This document shows, piece by piece, positions 62,584 to 64,000 of a stretch of 64,000 nucleotides of DNA. Position 1 is the first letter of the stretch. Each line of letters opens with the position of its first letter. The notes under the pieces were generated by a model. The model saw nothing but the letters and a program-made list of their open reading frames with translations. It was not told the DNA's origin and made no database searches. The stretch comes from Phoronis australis (Eukaryota; Animalia; Phoronida). The stretch spans positions 258,959-322,958 of the forward strand of contig NMRA01000181.1 in NCBI GenBank assembly GCA_002633005.1. The letters run 5' to 3'. The translations under genes were made by a program, and so were the position numbers.

Positions 62584-64000
62584 GTATGCAGGCCACCTGT
62601 ACATGATTGTTCGTTATCTTTGATTATGCAGTTTACGAGGTCGAGGACGATATGTCCGCACGTTTTATGCACAAGTTATCGGCGTACCGGTGTCTCGCCA
62701 ACCACATAATTCAGTTCAATATATATCTCTGGTTTCCTGTACTCCCACGTTGATTATATTACTTATGTTCAGTTTGCTTAAAATATTGATGAAAAAATAA
62801 TCTTAGTGCACGACGATGTTAAACCATACAGTCGAAGAAATTCTAGGGCTTCCAACACAATTCATCAGAAAAAAAATGATAAAAATTGGTATATTTCGTT
62901 CAGTACACTCACTTTCTCAACAAAAGCCCGTCGATGTTAGGTATATGAAGGGCCCGTTCTCCCTTTGATCTCACTGTCTGATCTGCACGCATCTGGTTGA
63001 AACACCGGAGTTTTCATTGCATGCATATACATATTGTTCGGGCACTTCATGTTATTAAAAAAGACGTCTGTTATTAAAACGGACGTCTACCATAATATAC
63101 CACAAACAATGTGTGCAAACGACAATGGAAAGTTGGTTTCATTTTGATCTTGGATCATTTTCAGTATAGATGAACGATATACATAGAACGAACACCAGGT
63201 TTTGTCTCCGATAAGAGTATGTAGACTTCACGACTAGCTGGATATACGTTTGAATAGTTAAGCACAGGTTGAAATAAATTTGCCATCATAATGTTTCCCA
63301 GATATTGTTATTGTAATGATACTAACGTGCATTCACAATCAAGTGCGTGAAAATAACTTTTACCACAGCACACGCGACTGAGGGGAAATCTGCCTCTTCG
63401 ACCACCCGATACACTTTATTCCCAAAGCCATGTCCTGGATCCTTTTACTAGAAATGGAGCTTGAGAATATTTTTGGCAATTTCTATTCTACTTTTGGGTG
63501 AACTATAGATTTGTGTCTGTTAATCTTTGCTCGAAAATATAATGGCTGGCGTAAATAACTTTCTAATGCAAGTTTGCAGTTGATGACACCAACACCAAAG
63601 CTAGGAGTTCGAGTCTTAACTCGAAATTTCGAGTTTGTTCTCGAAATCCTGAGATTGTGCTCGATATTGCAGGTCGAACTTAGGGATCACGAAGCGCGAT
63701 CTTGGATTAAAATCTGATATGCTTACACCACAATGTACTCGAGCACAGAATAATAGATACTTTTCTTCAGTTCACACAAAGGTAAACTAGAAAATCACAA
63801 TAGTAACTTCTAGTCCAAAGATTTGACCAGGGCCCCAGGTCTCGTGTTTTGGAGATGATCAAAACACAGTTTAAGATTCTCAAACTTGTTAACATGACTA
63901 CAGTTTTACGAGAACGTCTAGAAGTACTCCAAAAACCTCGACTACCAATGACCCTCTAGTAAATCTCGGGCACACTTGGGGAAATTACTAAAAAACTCCA

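Noticed and set aside
62620-62990. SINE or tRNA-like sequence
   Set aside because: Only a weak SINE-core-like ctggtttcctgtactccc; no clear A/B boxes or cloverleaf.

Overview
Eukaryotic (animal) genomic DNA, AT-rich, with a transposon content (Kolobok-, ISL2EU-, Academ-, Penelope-, RTEX/L1-type) suggesting a marine invertebrate; the species cannot be determined from the sequence. The whole window lies inside one large + strand gene. I can assemble 12 coding exons with canonical AG/GT ends (244-450 ... 62359-62583; 2151 nt, 717 codons, about 3.4% of the window). Ten exons each encode one highly divergent Sushi/CCP/SCR domain and two are Ser/Thr-rich microexons. All are symmetric phase 1-1 and join without stop codons in any combination. 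The start, signal peptide and C-terminus lie outside the window. The introns hold nested and decayed transposons. Most striking is a pair of oppositely oriented foldback-type elements (8-bp TSDs, ~80-bp subterminal repeat arrays carrying CTCF-like CCACCAGGTGGCGC motifs) bracketing two Sushi exons. Also present: two further long-range inverted TE pairs, five THAP-domain remnants, a Penelope-like element with inverted pseudo-LTRs and candidate hammerhead ribozymes, and a 525-bp duplication around a single N that is probably an assembly artefact. No prokaryotic system, rRNA, tRNA or CRISPR array is supported. Most ORF-track entries are spurious intronic ORFs. Identities quoted are estimated by eye, not computed.
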